64,000 nt of DNA from an uncultured bacterium (GCA_963934795.1 CAWWAF010000002.1:21330-85329); one strand, 5' to 3'. Counted from the first letter of the stretch, positions 49,741 through 62,104 are shown. The notes: generated by a model not told the origin, from the letters alone. Made by a program: numbers and translations.

Positions 49741-50268
49741 ATGCGACTAACCCCTCTTGACCTGCGTCGCGCACAGTTCGGCGCAGCGGTACGGGGATTC
49801 AACCGGACTGAGGTCTCGAGCTTCTTGGCGGAAGCCGCCGACGACCTCGAGCTGGCATTGCGGAACGCGGAGCGTGCTCGCCAGGAAGTGAGCGCACTCC
49901 ACACCCAACTCGCGGAAGACCGCCATCAGCGAGAAGCGCCCTCGCGCGAAACCGTACTCGCGGCACAGCGTGCGTCATCCGAAATACGCGAGGCCGCCAA
50001 ACGTGAAGCGGAACTGATCGTGCGCGAAGCACGCGGACAAGCCGACGAGGTCGAGCGCGTGGCCCGCACCCGCTGCCTGGAGGTCGAGCGCGAGCTCGCC
50101 GACCTGCGTCATCAACGACGCGATGCCGAGAAGTCTCTCGAGCACTCAATTGCCACGCTCCACACTGCGTTGGACGTGGTAAAACGGCAGGACCGCGGAG
50201 TCAATCCGGACAATGTCCGCGAACATCATCCGCGGCCAACGATGGCCGCCACAGGCTCGTCGGCCTAG
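49741..50268 (+). CDS. DivIVA domain-containing protein
   Basis: In frame within ORF 49648..50268; start taken at ATG 49741. MRLTPLDLRRAQFGAAVRGFNRTEV is the canonical DivIVA N-terminus, followed by a coiled coil. Confidence 0.8.
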   Translation: MRLTPLDLRRAQFGAAVRGFNRTEVSSFLAEAADDLELALRNAERARQEVSALHTQLAEDRHQREAPSRETVLAAQRASSEIREAAKREAELIVREARGQADEVERVARTRCLEVERELADLRHQRRDAEKSLEHSIATLHTALDVVKRQDRGVNPDNVREHHPRPTMAATGSSA

Positions 50269-50540
50269 CCCTGACCTGGGGATTCAAGAAGCGCACGTAC
50301 CCGACCAAACACGCTTTTGTCTCGGGTTCCGGCCGGAACTGCCAGGGCCTTCGCCAGTAGTTTTACCGGCGCCACGTTGGCCGCGCCATCGACCGGCGCC
50401 GCCGAGATCCGCACGACCACCCTTCCCACGCGCACATCGGAAATCCGCGTACGCGGCGACCGTGCGATCACGCGCACCGGAATCAGCACGCCATCCGCCG
50501 TGGTTCGCAGCGCGAGTCTCAGGGGTCCACGTCGTTCCAC
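50265..50540 (-). CDS. DUF167 (YggU-like) family protein
   Basis: C-terminal part of ORF 50265..50777. The GTG at 50540 is taken as the start. VRISAAPVDGAANVAPVKLLAKALAVP matches the DUF167 core (APPVDGKAN...L...LAK.L.V). The extreme C-terminus is atypical. Confidence 0.5.
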   Translation of the reverse strand: MERRGPLRLALRTTADGVLIPVRVIARSPRTRISDVRVGRVVVRISAAPVDGAANVAPVKLLAKALAVPAGTRDKSVFGRVRALLESPGQG

Positions 50541-50835
50541 GGTTGGGTGGCGATGGCCAGAGCCCGGGTGTTGACGCGGAATGTCCACGGATACGTGACC
50601 GTCGGAAACAACTTGAGCTGTTGCGTGTACGTGAGCTCGAGATAGATATACGTCCGCATCGAGCCGAACCCCAACTCGCTCCGCAACCGACTGGACCGCC
50701 GTTACCAGTTCCTGCGCGGGTCGTCTCCGCGACCTCCGCCTTGAATTGTCTATGGGCGACATACACCGGACCGACATGCCACGCGAAGTAGACGACGACG
50801 AACGCGATCCCTGCTCTCGCGATCAGTCGCACCAT
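50519..50835 (-). pseudogene. small N-terminally anchored membrane protein requiring a -1 frame change near 50690-50705
   Basis: The frame of ORF 50284..50835 looks coding only for MVRLIARAGIAFVVVYFAWHVGPVYVAHRQFKAEVAETTR (GC-rich third positions). Downstream, a different frame reads ...RSELGFGSMRTYIYLELTYTQQLKLFPTVTYPWTFRVNTRALAIATQPWNDVDP* with strongly GC-rich third positions, stopping at 50521-50519. Confidence 0.45.
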
Positions 50836-50887
50836 CGCTCGCCCTGCGAGATCCCGACCTCAGCCACGGCGTCCGTCAGCACTCGCT

Positions 50888-51583
50888 TCATGGCACAGCC
50901 ATGAACAGCCGCTCCCAGCGAGTACGGGTGAAGAAGTGCGTCACGCCCTCGGTCAGCCGGCGCAGCGTCGCCCCCACCCCCACGTCCCGGTAAAATTCGC
51001 TCGCGGACTCGTAGGACCAATACATCATGAAGGCCCGTCCCTTGACGTACTCCAGCGGGAGCGCGCCCCAGTACCGACTATCCTGCGAATCTCCACGGTT
51101 GTCGCCCATCATGAACACGTGTCCATCTGGCACGCGCTGCGGCCCGAACGTCCCGCGCATGTCGTATGGCACCTGCCCACCCGGACGCATCAGATCGAGG
51201 TAGGGTTCTTCGATCGGCTCTCCGTCGATGAACACGCGGGACTGTCGCAGCTCCACCGTCTCTCCCGGCAGGCCAACGACGCGCTTGATAAAATCGCGCT
51301 CGGGCTCCTCCGGGAACTTGAACACCAGCACATCGCCCCGCCGCACGTCGGTGACCGGCAACCACGACCGCTCCGCCGAACCTGTGGGCGCGTACACGAA
51401 CTTGTTGACGAGCAGGTGGTCGCCGATTAACAGATTCTGCTCCATCGAACCGGTCGGAATCTTGAAAGCCTGCACCGCCCACGTGCGTACAAACAGCGCG
51501 AGAATGACCGCGATCACGATCGATTCGAAATACTCGCGGGCCGTCGACTTCTGGAATGACATGGCAGCAGTCTCAATCATCAT
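50888..51583 (-). CDS. lepB: signal peptidase I
   Basis: [21 protein letters not shown] (Ser box), [14 protein letters not shown] (box E). An alternative ATG lies at 51562. Confidence 0.9.
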   Translation of the reverse strand: MMIETAAMSFQKSTAREYFESIVIAVILALFVRTWAVQAFKIPTGSMEQNLLIGDHLLVNKFVYAPTGSAERSWLPVTDVRRGDVLVFKFPEEPERDFIKRVVGLPGETVELRQSRVFIDGEPIEEPYLDLMRPGGQVPYDMRGTFGPQRVPDGHVFMMGDNRGDSQDSRYWGALPLEYVKGRAFMMYWSYESASEFYRDVGVGATLRRLTEGVTHFFTRTRWERLFMAVP

Positions 51584-53375
51584 CCACGGTCAACACCGCG
51601 AGAAACGCCTCTTGGGGGATCTCCACACGGCCGACGCGCTTCATACGACGCTTGCCTTCTTTCTGTTTCTCTAGGAGTTTTCGCTTTCGGCTGATGTCGC
51701 CACCGTAGCACTTCGCCAGGACGTTCTTGCGAAGCGCCTTGACCGACTCACGGGCAATAATGCGCCCGCCGACCGTCGCCTGAATGGCCACGTCGAACAT
51801 CTGGCGTGGAATCAGCTTCCGTAGCTTGACGGCGAGCGAGCGGCCACGGAGATACGCAGAGTCCTTGTGCACGATAATCGACAACGCATCGACCGGCTCC
51901 TCATTCACCAACAGGTCGAGCTTCACTAATGGCGACGTCCAGTACCCCGTGACGTGATAGTCGAGCGACGCATACCCTCGCGACAGCGTCTTCAGCTTGT
52001 CGTAGAAATCCAGGACCACTTCGTTGAAGGGCAGCTCGTAGGTGATCATGACGCGATTCGACGCGAGGTATTCGAGTCCCTTCTGCACCCCCCGCTTGTC
52101 CTGACACAGTTGCAGGATCGGGCCGACGTGGTCGGCCGGGGTCAGGACCATCGCGGTGATCACGGGCTCTTCCAGCGTCTCGATCCGTCCCACGTCTGGG
52201 AGCTTTGCCGGACTGTCCACCTCAAACGTCTCGCCGTCCGTCGTGGTGACCCGATACAGCACCCCTGGCGCCGTCGTCACGAGGTCCATCTTGTACTCGC
52301 GCTCGAGGCGTTCCTGGATGATCTCCATGTGGAGCAATCCCAGGAATCCACAACGAAAACCAAACCCGAGCGCCACCGAAGTCTCCGGCGCGAAAAAGAA
52401 CGAGGCGTCGTTCAATTGGAGCTTCTCAAGCGCGTCTCGGAGCTCGGCGTACTGATGTCCTTCCACCGGATACAGTCCGGCGAACACCATCGGCTTGACC
52501 TCGGTAAAGCCGTCGCACGGGTTGGTAGTCCGGCGCGACGTCTCGGTCAACGTGTCGCCAATTTTGGCGTCGCTTACCGTCTTGATACCGGCAATCACGA
52601 AACCAACCTCCCCGACGCCCAGCTCCGGCATGACGACCGGCTTGGGTGAGAACACGCCGACCTGCTCGACATCGTGGTCGAGTCCACGAGCCATCAGGCG
52701 AATTTTCATCTTGGGCCGGATGGCACCGTCCACGACGCGGACCAACATCGTGACACCACGATACGAGTCGTACCAGGAGTCGAAAATCAACGCCTTCAGC
52801 GGTGCGTCGGGGTCACCGGCTGGCGGCGGCACGCGGTTGACCACCGCGTCGAGCACCTCGCGAGTGCCGTCTCCGGCCTTGGCGCTGGCCAAGATGGCAT
52901 CGGCCGTATCAAGACCGACGATCTCTTCTATCTGGCGCATCGTCTCCTCGGGCTGGGCGCCCGGCAGATCGATTTTGTTGACGACCGGAATAATTTCAAG
53001 GTCCTGGTCGACTGCGAGATACGCGTTCGCCACGGTCTGCGCCTCGACCCCCTGCGACGCATCGACCAGGAGCAAGGCCCCCTCACACGCCGTCAGAGCC
53101 CGGGTGACCTCGTACGAAAAATCCACGTGCCCGGGCGTGTCGATCAGGTTCAAGACGTGGGGAACACCGCCCTCCGGGGTATAGGTCAGGCGGACCGAGT
53201 GGGCCTTGATGGTGATGCCGCGCTCACGCTCGAGGTCCATCGAATCGAGGACCTGCGCCTCCATCTCCCGGGCCTGCAAGGCGCCGGTGACCTCAAGAAA
53301 ACGGTCCGCGAGTGTCGATTTCCCGTGATCGATGTGGGCAATGATAGAGAAGTTGCGAATGTAGCGTTGGTCCAT
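51573..53375 (-). CDS. lepA: translation elongation factor 4
   Basis: ORF 51573..53438. Start moved to ATG 53375 ([25 protein letters not shown]). Confidence 0.95.
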   Translation of the reverse strand: MDQRYIRNFSIIAHIDHGKSTLADRFLEVTGALQAREMEAQVLDSMDLERERGITIKAHSVRLTYTPEGGVPHVLNLIDTPGHVDFSYEVTRALTACEGALLLVDASQGVEAQTVANAYLAVDQDLEIIPVVNKIDLPGAQPEETMRQIEEIVGLDTADAILASAKAGDGTREVLDAVVNRVPPPAGDPDAPLKALIFDSWYDSYRGVTMLVRVVDGAIRPKMKIRLMARGLDHDVEQVGVFSPKPVVMPELGVGEVGFVIAGIKTVSDAKIGDTLTETSRRTTNPCDGFTEVKPMVFAGLYPVEGHQYAELRDALEKLQLNDASFFFAPETSVALGFGFRCGFLGLLHMEIIQERLEREYKMDLVTTAPGVLYRVTTTDGETFEVDSPAKLPDVGRIETLEEPVITAMVLTPADHVGPILQLCQDKRGVQKGLEYLASNRVMITYELPFNEVVLDFYDKLKTLSRGYASLDYHVTGYWTSPLVKLDLLVNEEPVDALSIIVHKDSAYLRGRSLAVKLRKLIPRQMFDVAIQATVGGRIIARESVKALRKNVLAKCYGGDISRKRKLLEKQKEGKRRMKRVGRVEIPQEAFLAVLTVDDD

Positions 53376-53522
53376 GCAGGGGTCGCCATTATAGTCTGCC
53401 GCCGCGTTCCGGGGGGATCCGGCGCTTCCCGGGGGCAAGACACACGTGGAGCGTTTCGCGGTCGTTCTACCGACCTCGCCGACGCGACGCGGACAACCTG
53501 AGGCCGTCCAAGAGACACGCCC

Positions 53523-54662
53523 CTAGCGTCGGTCCAACGGTAGGAACGTCTGCGGGTATTCCGGGCCCGTATATTCCGCGCGGGGTCTGATCAGGCGATT
53601 GTTGGCGTATTGCTCGAGCACGTGGGCGGTCCACCCCGCTACCCGGCTGACCACGAAGATAGGGGTAAACAGGTCGACCGCGATGCCCAGCGTGTAGTAC
53701 GTCGACGCCGAGTAAAAGTCGACATTCGCGGCAATGCCCGTCTCCTCCCGCATCACCGCCTCGATCCGCTGCGACATCTCGAACCATCGCAGATTTCCCG
53801 CCTGCTCGCCCAGGTCACTCGACATCTGGCGGAGATGCGTCGCGCGGGGGTCCTCGGTCCGATACACACGATGCCCGAATCCCGGTACTTTCTGCTTGCG
53901 AGCCAGCATCCCACGAATGGTCGTCTCCACCCGGTCGTCGTCGGCATCCTCCCCGATGGCCAACAACATCTTCATCACCTCCGCGTTCGCACCGCCGTGC
54001 AACGGCCCTTTCAAGGTCGCGACGCCGGCGACGACCGTGGAGTGCAGATCGGTGAGTGTGGCGGCGGCGACCCTGGCCGCGAACGTCGACGCGTTCAGCT
54101 CGTGGTCCGCGTGCAAAGTCAGTGCTACATCAAAAGCCCGGGTGGCCAGACCGCCGGGACGCTCCCCGGTGAGCAGGTACAGGAAGTTCCCGGCGTGGCT
54201 GAGCACGGGATCCGGCTCGATCTGTCCGCCCCCGACCGAAAGCCGCCCCAGCGTCGCGACGAGCGTTCCTATTTGCGCCGTGAGACGCACCGACTTGCGG
54301 AGAGCCGCGCCCGCCGAGTCGTCGCCAGCGTCCGGATCGTAGTGCGCCAATCCCGAGACCAGGGTCCTGACCGCGTCCATGGCGTGGCCAGGGGGCAATG
54401 ACCGCATCAAGCGGACAACACCCGTCGGAAGCTGTCGGGCCCGTGCGAACTCCGTCTGGAGGTCGCCCAATTCGGCCCGCTTCGGCAAGCGCCGGTGCCA
54501 TAGGAGGTAGCAGACCTCTTCAAAGGTCGCCTGACTCGCCAAATCGTGGATATCGTGCCCGCAATACGCGAGCACGCCCCGTTGTCCGTCGAGGTAGCAG
54601 AGTTTGGATGAGGTCGCAACGACCCCTTCGAGCCCCGCCCCTCCTGTTGCTGACGTTGTCAT
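53523..54662 (-). CDS. citrate synthase (short ~380-aa type; 2-methylcitrate synthase not excluded)
   Basis: ORF 53523..54737. Start moved to ATG 54662. Contains GFGHRVYRTEDPR and HADHELNAST motifs. Confidence 0.9.
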   Translation of the reverse strand: MTTSATGGAGLEGVVATSSKLCYLDGQRGVLAYCGHDIHDLASQATFEEVCYLLWHRRLPKRAELGDLQTEFARARQLPTGVVRLMRSLPPGHAMDAVRTLVSGLAHYDPDAGDDSAGAALRKSVRLTAQIGTLVATLGRLSVGGGQIEPDPVLSHAGNFLYLLTGERPGGLATRAFDVALTLHADHELNASTFAARVAAATLTDLHSTVVAGVATLKGPLHGGANAEVMKMLLAIGEDADDDRVETTIRGMLARKQKVPGFGHRVYRTEDPRATHLRQMSSDLGEQAGNLRWFEMSQRIEAVMREETGIAANVDFYSASTYYTLGIAVDLFTPIFVVSRVAGWTAHVLEQYANNRLIRPRAEYTGPEYPQTFLPLDRR

Positions 54663-54877
54663 GATCTGTTCTCGTGCGTCCCGATCTACCGGCGGCCTGC
54701 AGCACACCTCGATGGACGGTACCCGGTGGGCGCACATGCCTCAGGCGTCCACGACGTCTGAGGGGGCACGCGGTGTTGGCCGACCACCGAGCGTGTGTAA
54801 GATAGATCAGATAGCCGGCACCGATGAAATTGACGTTGGTGGTCGGCGGCGTGTGAGAACCTCGACACCCACACTCT

Positions 54878-55666
54878 GTGATGCAACCGGATCACATCAA
54901 GGCGCTCCTGGAGGACGTGCGAACCGGCGCGCTGACGGTGGAGACCGCCCAGACGCGACTGGCCCGCGTGATGCGAGCCGCACCCTTCGAAGACGTGGGG
55001 TTCGCCCGCATTGACCATCACCGGACGCTCAGGCAAGGGTTCCCGGAAGTGGTCTTCGGTCAAGGCAAGACGCCGACCCAGATTGCCCGAATCGCGGAGA
55101 CCATCGTCGGCGCAGGGCACCGTCTTTTGGTCACACGAACGGACGCCGAGGCCTACGCCGCCGTCCGCAACCGCGTACCGGAGGCGGTCTTCCACGACAG
55201 CGCGCGCATAATTAGCCACGTCAGCGCAGACGCAGGGGAACTGACCGGGCAGGGCACCGTCCTCATCGTATCCGCCGGCACTTCCGACCAACCGATCGCA
55301 GACGAGGCAGCCGTCACGGCCGGCGTGATGGGCAACCGCGTCGAACGGATGTACGACGTCGGGGTTGCCGGATTGCACCGACTCCTCGCGCAACGCGCGC
55401 GGCTTGAGGAAGCTCAGGTGGTCATCGTCGTAGCCGGCATGGACGGGGCGCTGGCGAGCGTCGTTGGCGGGCTCGTATCGGTCCCGGTCATCGCCGTGCC
55501 GACCAGCATCGGCTACGGCGCCAGCTTTGGCGGCATCGCGGCGCTGCTGTCCATGCTGAACAGTTGCGCGACCGGGGTGACCGTGGTCAACATCGACAAC
55601 GGATTCGGGGCGGCGGCGGCGGCCAGTCGGTTCAACCACACATCGGTCCAGACTGCCACGCCTTGA
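54878..55666 (+). CDS. larB: nickel-pincer cofactor biosynthesis protein LarB (PurE-like carboxylase/hydrolase)
   Basis: N-terminal DHHRTLRQGFPEVVFGQGKT, a PurE-like VSAGTSDQPIADEAAVTAGVMGN...DVGVAGLHRL, and the C-terminal VPTSIGYG. Confidence 0.85.
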   Translation: MMQPDHIKALLEDVRTGALTVETAQTRLARVMRAAPFEDVGFARIDHHRTLRQGFPEVVFGQGKTPTQIARIAETIVGAGHRLLVTRTDAEAYAAVRNRVPEAVFHDSARIISHVSADAGELTGQGTVLIVSAGTSDQPIADEAAVTAGVMGNRVERMYDVGVAGLHRLLAQRARLEEAQVVIVVAGMDGALASVVGGLVSVPVIAVPTSIGYGASFGGIAALLSMLNSCATGVTVVNIDNGFGAAAAASRFNHTSVQTATP

Positions 55667-55891
55667 GTGGCGTGTGACGGGCGTGATATATCTGCGAGTT
55701 CGGTTGCTCGCATGACGCCGTAGGCTCGGAGAGGCGCGCGCGACCGTGCGCGACGTCGCCCGAACTTCAACTCAGCATCCGCGTCAGCCCGAGGCATAGC
55801 ATCGCCAGGCGGGCCGATCCGGTCTTCGTAGACCGTCGGCGCGTTCATCCCCGGTCGCGCGCCGGGTGAGTCACCCAACATTCTGCCGATT

Positions 55892-58351
55892 GTGATGCAG
55901 ACAGGAGCCTTCACCACCCTCGAATTCGACCGGATCGTCGAGGCCGTGGTGAGCTGCGCCTTGACGCCGCTTGGCGCCGACGAGCTGGGGCAGCTCCGCC
56001 CGCTGACCGACGCGCGCGCGGTGCGGTCCGCACAAACAGACACAACGGAGGCGGTTCGGTTCGCGGCAGCCAACGGACCAATGCCGCTCGAAGCGCCGCT
56101 GCATCTGAACGAGGCGGTCGCCGCGCTGGCCATCGAAGCGCAGGCGCTGGAACCGCTACAACTTCTCAGCCTGGTCGATTTCCTGAGCTCGGTCCAACGC
56201 GTCTGCCGTTCGGTGACGACCGCGACCACTGGGCCCTACCCGGCCCTGTCCGCCATTGTCAGCGGCGTGTCGAACTGGGACCGCGAGTGCGGGAGCGTAC
56301 GTCAGAAGATTGATGCCTCCGGCGAGGTGGCTGACGACGCGAGCCCGGAGCTGAAAACGATTCGGGGCCGGCTTCGGAAACAGCGAAACCGGCTGCGAGG
56401 AAATCTGGAGGCGTACCTACGCGGGCGCGAGACTGCGCGGTATCTGCAAGAACAGGTGGTCAGCGAACGCAACGGGCGTTTCGTGCTCGTCGTCCGATCA
56501 GAGCACCGCGCCGGCATCCCGGGCATCGTGCATGGCACCTCGTCGAGCGGTGCCAGCCTCTTCCTCGAGCCGTTGAGCACCGTCGACATCAACAATGAGA
56601 TCGTCGCGCTTGATGAGCAGGAACGCGAGGAAGTCCGTCGCGTGTTGCTGTTGCTCTCGGCAACATTTCGACGGCGTGCGCTTGATTTGCGTCGCACGCT
56701 GACTGCGGCGACCGGCCTCGACGTGCTGCAGGCCAGGGCGACGTTCGCGGGCATCGTTGGGGGCGTGGAGGCACACATCAGCAACGACCAGGCCCTGGAC
56801 CTCCGCGAGGCAAGGCATCCGCTGCTGATGACGAGTGTCGCCAGCCGAATCGAGCAGGCGACTGGAGTCGGCGAGCGCATCGAACCGGTGCCGGTCGATG
56901 TGGTCATGACCCCGCCCACGCGAGCGCTCGTCATCACCGGGCCCAACACGGGCGGCAAGACGGTGGCGCTGAAAACGGCCGGGTTGTTGTCGCTGATGGC
57001 GCAAGCCGGTCTGCACATTCCGGCCGCCGCGGGTGCGCAGGTGCCGGTGTTCCGCTCGGTGTTCGCGGATATCGGTGATGAACAGTCAATCGCTGCCAAC
57101 CTCAGCACATTCTCAGGCCACGTCGCCAACATCGTGGGCATGGATCGGCGGCTCTCCATTCCAGGCCTGATCCTGCTGGATGAGGTGGGGGCTGGCACTG
57201 ACCCGGTGGAGGGGGGCGCCCTAGGACGTGCTGTGGTGGAACACTTCAGACAACGTGGCGCCCATGTAATCGTCACGACCCACGACGACGCCCTCAAGTC
57301 GTACGCCGCTACCACTGAGGGCGTTTCGTGCGCGGCGTTCGGATTCGATCCGGAGACGTTTGCGCCAACCTATCGCCTGGTCTACGGCTCGGCCGGACGC
57401 AGCCTGGCCCTGGAAATCGCGGGCCGGCTGGGACTGGCCCCGGGCATCATCACTGCCGCCGCGGCGCTGCGGACCGCGCGCGAGTCGCAATTGGCCGATC
57501 ACCTCGCCCGGATCGACGAGGACCGCAGCCGGCTCGACGAACTCGGGCGCGACCTCGCCAGACGCCACACCGCACAGGCGGAGCTGGAGGCCCGGTTGAA
57601 GGCGCGTGAGGCTGAAATTGACCAACGCGACCGGAACAGTCGCGCCAGTCGTGACGATTCGCTTGACCAGCGTCTCCGCGCCGCTCGCCGCGAGGTCGAC
57701 GAGGTCGTCCAGTCGCTTCGACAACGGGCCGCGACCCTGGAGCGGGTCGCCGTTGACAAAGCGGCCAGACGGGAAACGCCCTTGTCGACTGGCGACAGCG
57801 GCGAACTGAGATCCTCCGCACAGGCGTCTCTCGACAACATCGCGGGACACTTCCAGGCCCCCGAACCAGTGGCCGCCCCGTCGAATCGCGGCCAGCGCCC
57901 ACCGATTGCGCTGGGCGACCGGGTTGTCGTGTCCACGCTGGGCGTTGCGGGTGAGGTCCGCTCGTTCCACGGGACCGAGGCGGAGGTCGAAGTCCGCGGA
58001 AAGCGGCTGCGCGTGCCGCGCCGGTCGCTGGCGCCCGGTGGCCAACCGGCACCTCGGGTGGAACGACACAGCCGCGTCAATATTCAGGTCAACGAACCGG
58101 TTGGGCAGTTGGACGAACTCAACCTCATCGGCTGCCGCGTCGACGACGCCCTCGCTCGCGCAGAGAAGCACCTGGATCAGGTCGCGATGGGTGAAGTGCG
58201 TGCCATTCGGTTCATCCATGGTCACGGGACCGGACGACTACGCAGAGCCATCGCGGAGTTGCTCCGCGGGCATCCGTTGGTCCGACGATTCTTTGCCGCG
58301 GCGCCGGAGGACGGGGGCACTGCCGTCACCTGCGCGGAACTCAAGGACTGA
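55892..58351 (+). CDS. mutS2: endonuclease MutS2
   Basis: MutS ATPase (ITGPNTGGKTV, LLDEVGAGTDP) plus a C-terminal Smr domain (IRFIHGHGTGRLRRAI). Confidence 0.9.
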   Translation: MMQTGAFTTLEFDRIVEAVVSCALTPLGADELGQLRPLTDARAVRSAQTDTTEAVRFAAANGPMPLEAPLHLNEAVAALAIEAQALEPLQLLSLVDFLSSVQRVCRSVTTATTGPYPALSAIVSGVSNWDRECGSVRQKIDASGEVADDASPELKTIRGRLRKQRNRLRGNLEAYLRGRETARYLQEQVVSERNGRFVLVVRSEHRAGIPGIVHGTSSSGASLFLEPLSTVDINNEIVALDEQEREEVRRVLLLLSATFRRRALDLRRTLTAATGLDVLQARATFAGIVGGVEAHISNDQALDLREARHPLLMTSVASRIEQATGVGERIEPVPVDVVMTPPTRALVITGPNTGGKTVALKTAGLLSLMAQAGLHIPAAAGAQVPVFRSVFADIGDEQSIAANLSTFSGHVANIVGMDRRLSIPGLILLDEVGAGTDPVEGGALGRAVVEHFRQRGAHVIVTTHDDALKSYAATTEGVSCAAFGFDPETFAPTYRLVYGSAGRSLALEIAGRLGLAPGIITAAAALRTARESQLADHLARIDEDRSRLDELGRDLARRHTAQAELEARLKAREAEIDQRDRNSRASRDDSLDQRLRAARREVDEVVQSLRQRAATLERVAVDKAARRETPLSTGDSGELRSSAQASLDNIAGHFQAPEPVAAPSNRGQRPPIALGDRVVVSTLGVAGEVRSFHGTEAEVEVRGKRLRVPRRSLAPGGQPAPRVERHSRVNIQVNEPVGQLDELNLIGCRVDDALARAEKHLDQVAMGEVRAIRFIHGHGTGRLRRAIAELLRGHPLVRRFFAAAPEDGGTAVTCAELKD

Positions 58352-58363
58352 GCGACAGCGACC

Positions 58364-60127
58364 ATGGGCCTGTTTCCACAATCATTTATCGACGACCTGA
58401 AAGCACAGGTCGACATCGTCCAGGTGGTGCAGGACTACGTCCCGCTGAAGCGGGCAGGAGCGAGCTTCAAGGGATTGTGCCCGTTCCACTCGGAGAAGAC
58501 ACCGTCGTTTCACGTCCACGGCGACAAGGGCTTCTTTCACTGTTTTGGCTGCGACACCGGTGGTGACGTGCTCAAGTTCCTGGAACTACAGGAGAAGTTG
58601 AGCTTCCAGGATGCGGTCCGCCACCTCGCACAGCGTTTCGGCGTCGCGGTTCCAGAAGCGGACACGGAAGAGGACGCGGCAGCCAACGCCGAACGCGAGG
58701 CGCTGCTCACCGTGCATGAAGCCGCATCTGAGTTCTTCACCGAGCGGCTCGGGGACCCCGCTGGCCGCCAGGCGCGAGAACACCTCAGCGGGCGAGGCCT
58801 GACAGACGACACCGCGGCCAGACTCGGATTGGGGTTTGCACCGCCACAGGGGGACAGCCTCCTGACCCACCTCCGTGGCCGGGGCTACTCGGACGCGGTG
58901 CTCGTCCGCAGCGGCCTGGCGGTCGCCCGAGACGGTCGGTCACTGGTCGACCGCTTCCGGAACCGCCTCATGATCCCGATCGCTCGTGACACCGGGTCGG
59001 TGATCGCATTCGGCGCGCGAGCCCTACAGCCAGACCAGCAACCGAAGTATCTGAACTCGCCGGAGACCGCAATCTATTCCAAGTCTCGGACGTTGTATGG
59101 CCTGCATCTGTCGAAGTCCGCCATTCGCAAGACGGGGTACGCCGTGCTCGTGGAGGGATACTTCGACCTGGCCCAGGCGCTGCAGGCCGGGGTCGGTACC
59201 GTGGTCGCCTCCTGTGGCACCGCAGTGAACGAACAGCAGGTCCGTTTGCTCAAACGGTTCGCGTCAAAGGTGATCGTCAGCTTTGACCCGGACCCGGCCG
59301 GAGCCACCGCCGCCGCGCGCTCCGGCGAGCTCCTGCTTGCCGAAGGCATGCAGGTCAACGTCGCTGTTCTGGACGACGGCGAGGATCCTGACACCTGTAT
59401 TCAGAAACACGGCGCGGAGCAATATGTCGAAAAGCTACGCACTTCGCGCCCATATCTGGAATACTTACTGGATCGGGAAGCGGCCAGCCACGACCTGACA
59501 CGGGGAGATCACCGCCGCGAATTCCTGAATCGGATGCTGCAGGTCGCTGCACGAATCCCGGATGCTCCGTCGAGGGACCTCTTCGCCGACCGGATTGCGC
59601 ACCAGGCGGGCGTACTCGAAGATGTCGTGCGTACCGAGATTCGCAAGGCGGCGGTGGAGCGTCGCACCACGTTCGACGATCGACAGGTGTCGGCCGGTCG
59701 GACGCTGAAAACGGCGGAAAAAGGGCTGATCTGGGCGCTCGTGCGCGACACCCAGGCCGCCTTGGAGGTCATCGGAGAACTCAGCGATGAGGATCTCGCC
59801 GGGTTGACGACGGCACCGATCCTCAGCACCGCCCGTTCGCTGTCCGGGTGGCCTGTCGAGACTGTCCTCAGCACGCTCAACGAGCGGCTGAGCACCGAGG
59901 AGGCCGGCTGGATAGCTCGGGTTGGAGCGGCCGAGCGCGCCGTGGCCTCGGCCTCCGATTGCGGGAATGCGCTGAAACAGCTCGGCTGCGAGCGCCAACG
60001 CGCAATGCTGCAACACGAGATTGACCGGTGCCAGCATCTGGGCACACCATCGGCGTTGGCGGAGATCGACCTGTTATTGCGGAAGAAGCAAGCACTGTTA
60101 ACGAAGCTCGAATCACTACGACCGTGA
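58364..60127 (+). CDS. dnaG: DNA primase
   Basis: Zinc finger CPFHSEKTPSFHV...CFGC, the TOPRIM domain (VLVEGYFD...), and a C-terminal helicase-binding region. Confidence 0.95.
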   Translation: MGLFPQSFIDDLKAQVDIVQVVQDYVPLKRAGASFKGLCPFHSEKTPSFHVHGDKGFFHCFGCDTGGDVLKFLELQEKLSFQDAVRHLAQRFGVAVPEADTEEDAAANAEREALLTVHEAASEFFTERLGDPAGRQAREHLSGRGLTDDTAARLGLGFAPPQGDSLLTHLRGRGYSDAVLVRSGLAVARDGRSLVDRFRNRLMIPIARDTGSVIAFGARALQPDQQPKYLNSPETAIYSKSRTLYGLHLSKSAIRKTGYAVLVEGYFDLAQALQAGVGTVVASCGTAVNEQQVRLLKRFASKVIVSFDPDPAGATAAARSGELLLAEGMQVNVAVLDDGEDPDTCIQKHGAEQYVEKLRTSRPYLEYLLDREAASHDLTRGDHRREFLNRMLQVAARIPDAPSRDLFADRIAHQAGVLEDVVRTEIRKAAVERRTTFDDRQVSAGRTLKTAEKGLIWALVRDTQAALEVIGELSDEDLAGLTTAPILSTARSLSGWPVETVLSTLNERLSTEEAGWIARVGAAERAVASASDCGNALKQLGCERQRAMLQHEIDRCQHLGTPSALAEIDLLLRKKQALLTKLESLRP

Positions 60128-60196
60128 CCACCGGATACGTCCAGCATTGTCGACCCAACACGGGACCGGCTGGCGGTCCGCCGAGGAGGAACGCTC

Positions 60197-61888
<1,692 letters not shown>

Positions 61889-61919
61889 GCAGGTCAAGAA
61901 CGTGAAGTTCCTGCACACC

Positions 61920-61995
61920 GGGCCCATAGCTCAGCGGTCAGAGCCGCCGGCTCATAACCGGTCGGTCCCAGGTTCGAATCCTGGTGGGCCCACCA
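61920..61995 (+). tRNA. tRNA with CAT anticodon (elongator tRNA-Met; lysidine-modified tRNA-Ile2 not excluded), encoded CCA end
   Basis: Folded by hand. Acceptor stem GGGCCCA/TGGGCCC, D arm GCTC-AGCGGTCA-GAGC, anticodon arm GCCGG-CTCATAA-CCGGT, T arm CCAGG-TTCGAAT-CCTGG, then A-CCA. The G1-C72 pair argues against an initiator. Confidence 0.9.
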
Positions 61996-62104
61996 CATGA
62001 CACGAGTCCATATGGACATCGCACGCGCCGGCCATCCCGCGGTCCGCCCCCGGCACACACGCGGGCCGCAGAAGGCACGCACCACCTGGGGCCCCGCTCG
62101 CAAT

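Noticed and set aside
55513-56229. 238-aa - strand ORF spanning the larB-mutS2 spacer
   Set aside because: It is antisense to both the larB 3' end and the mutS2 5' end, its composition is Arg/Ala/Ser-rich, and it has no start-site signals.
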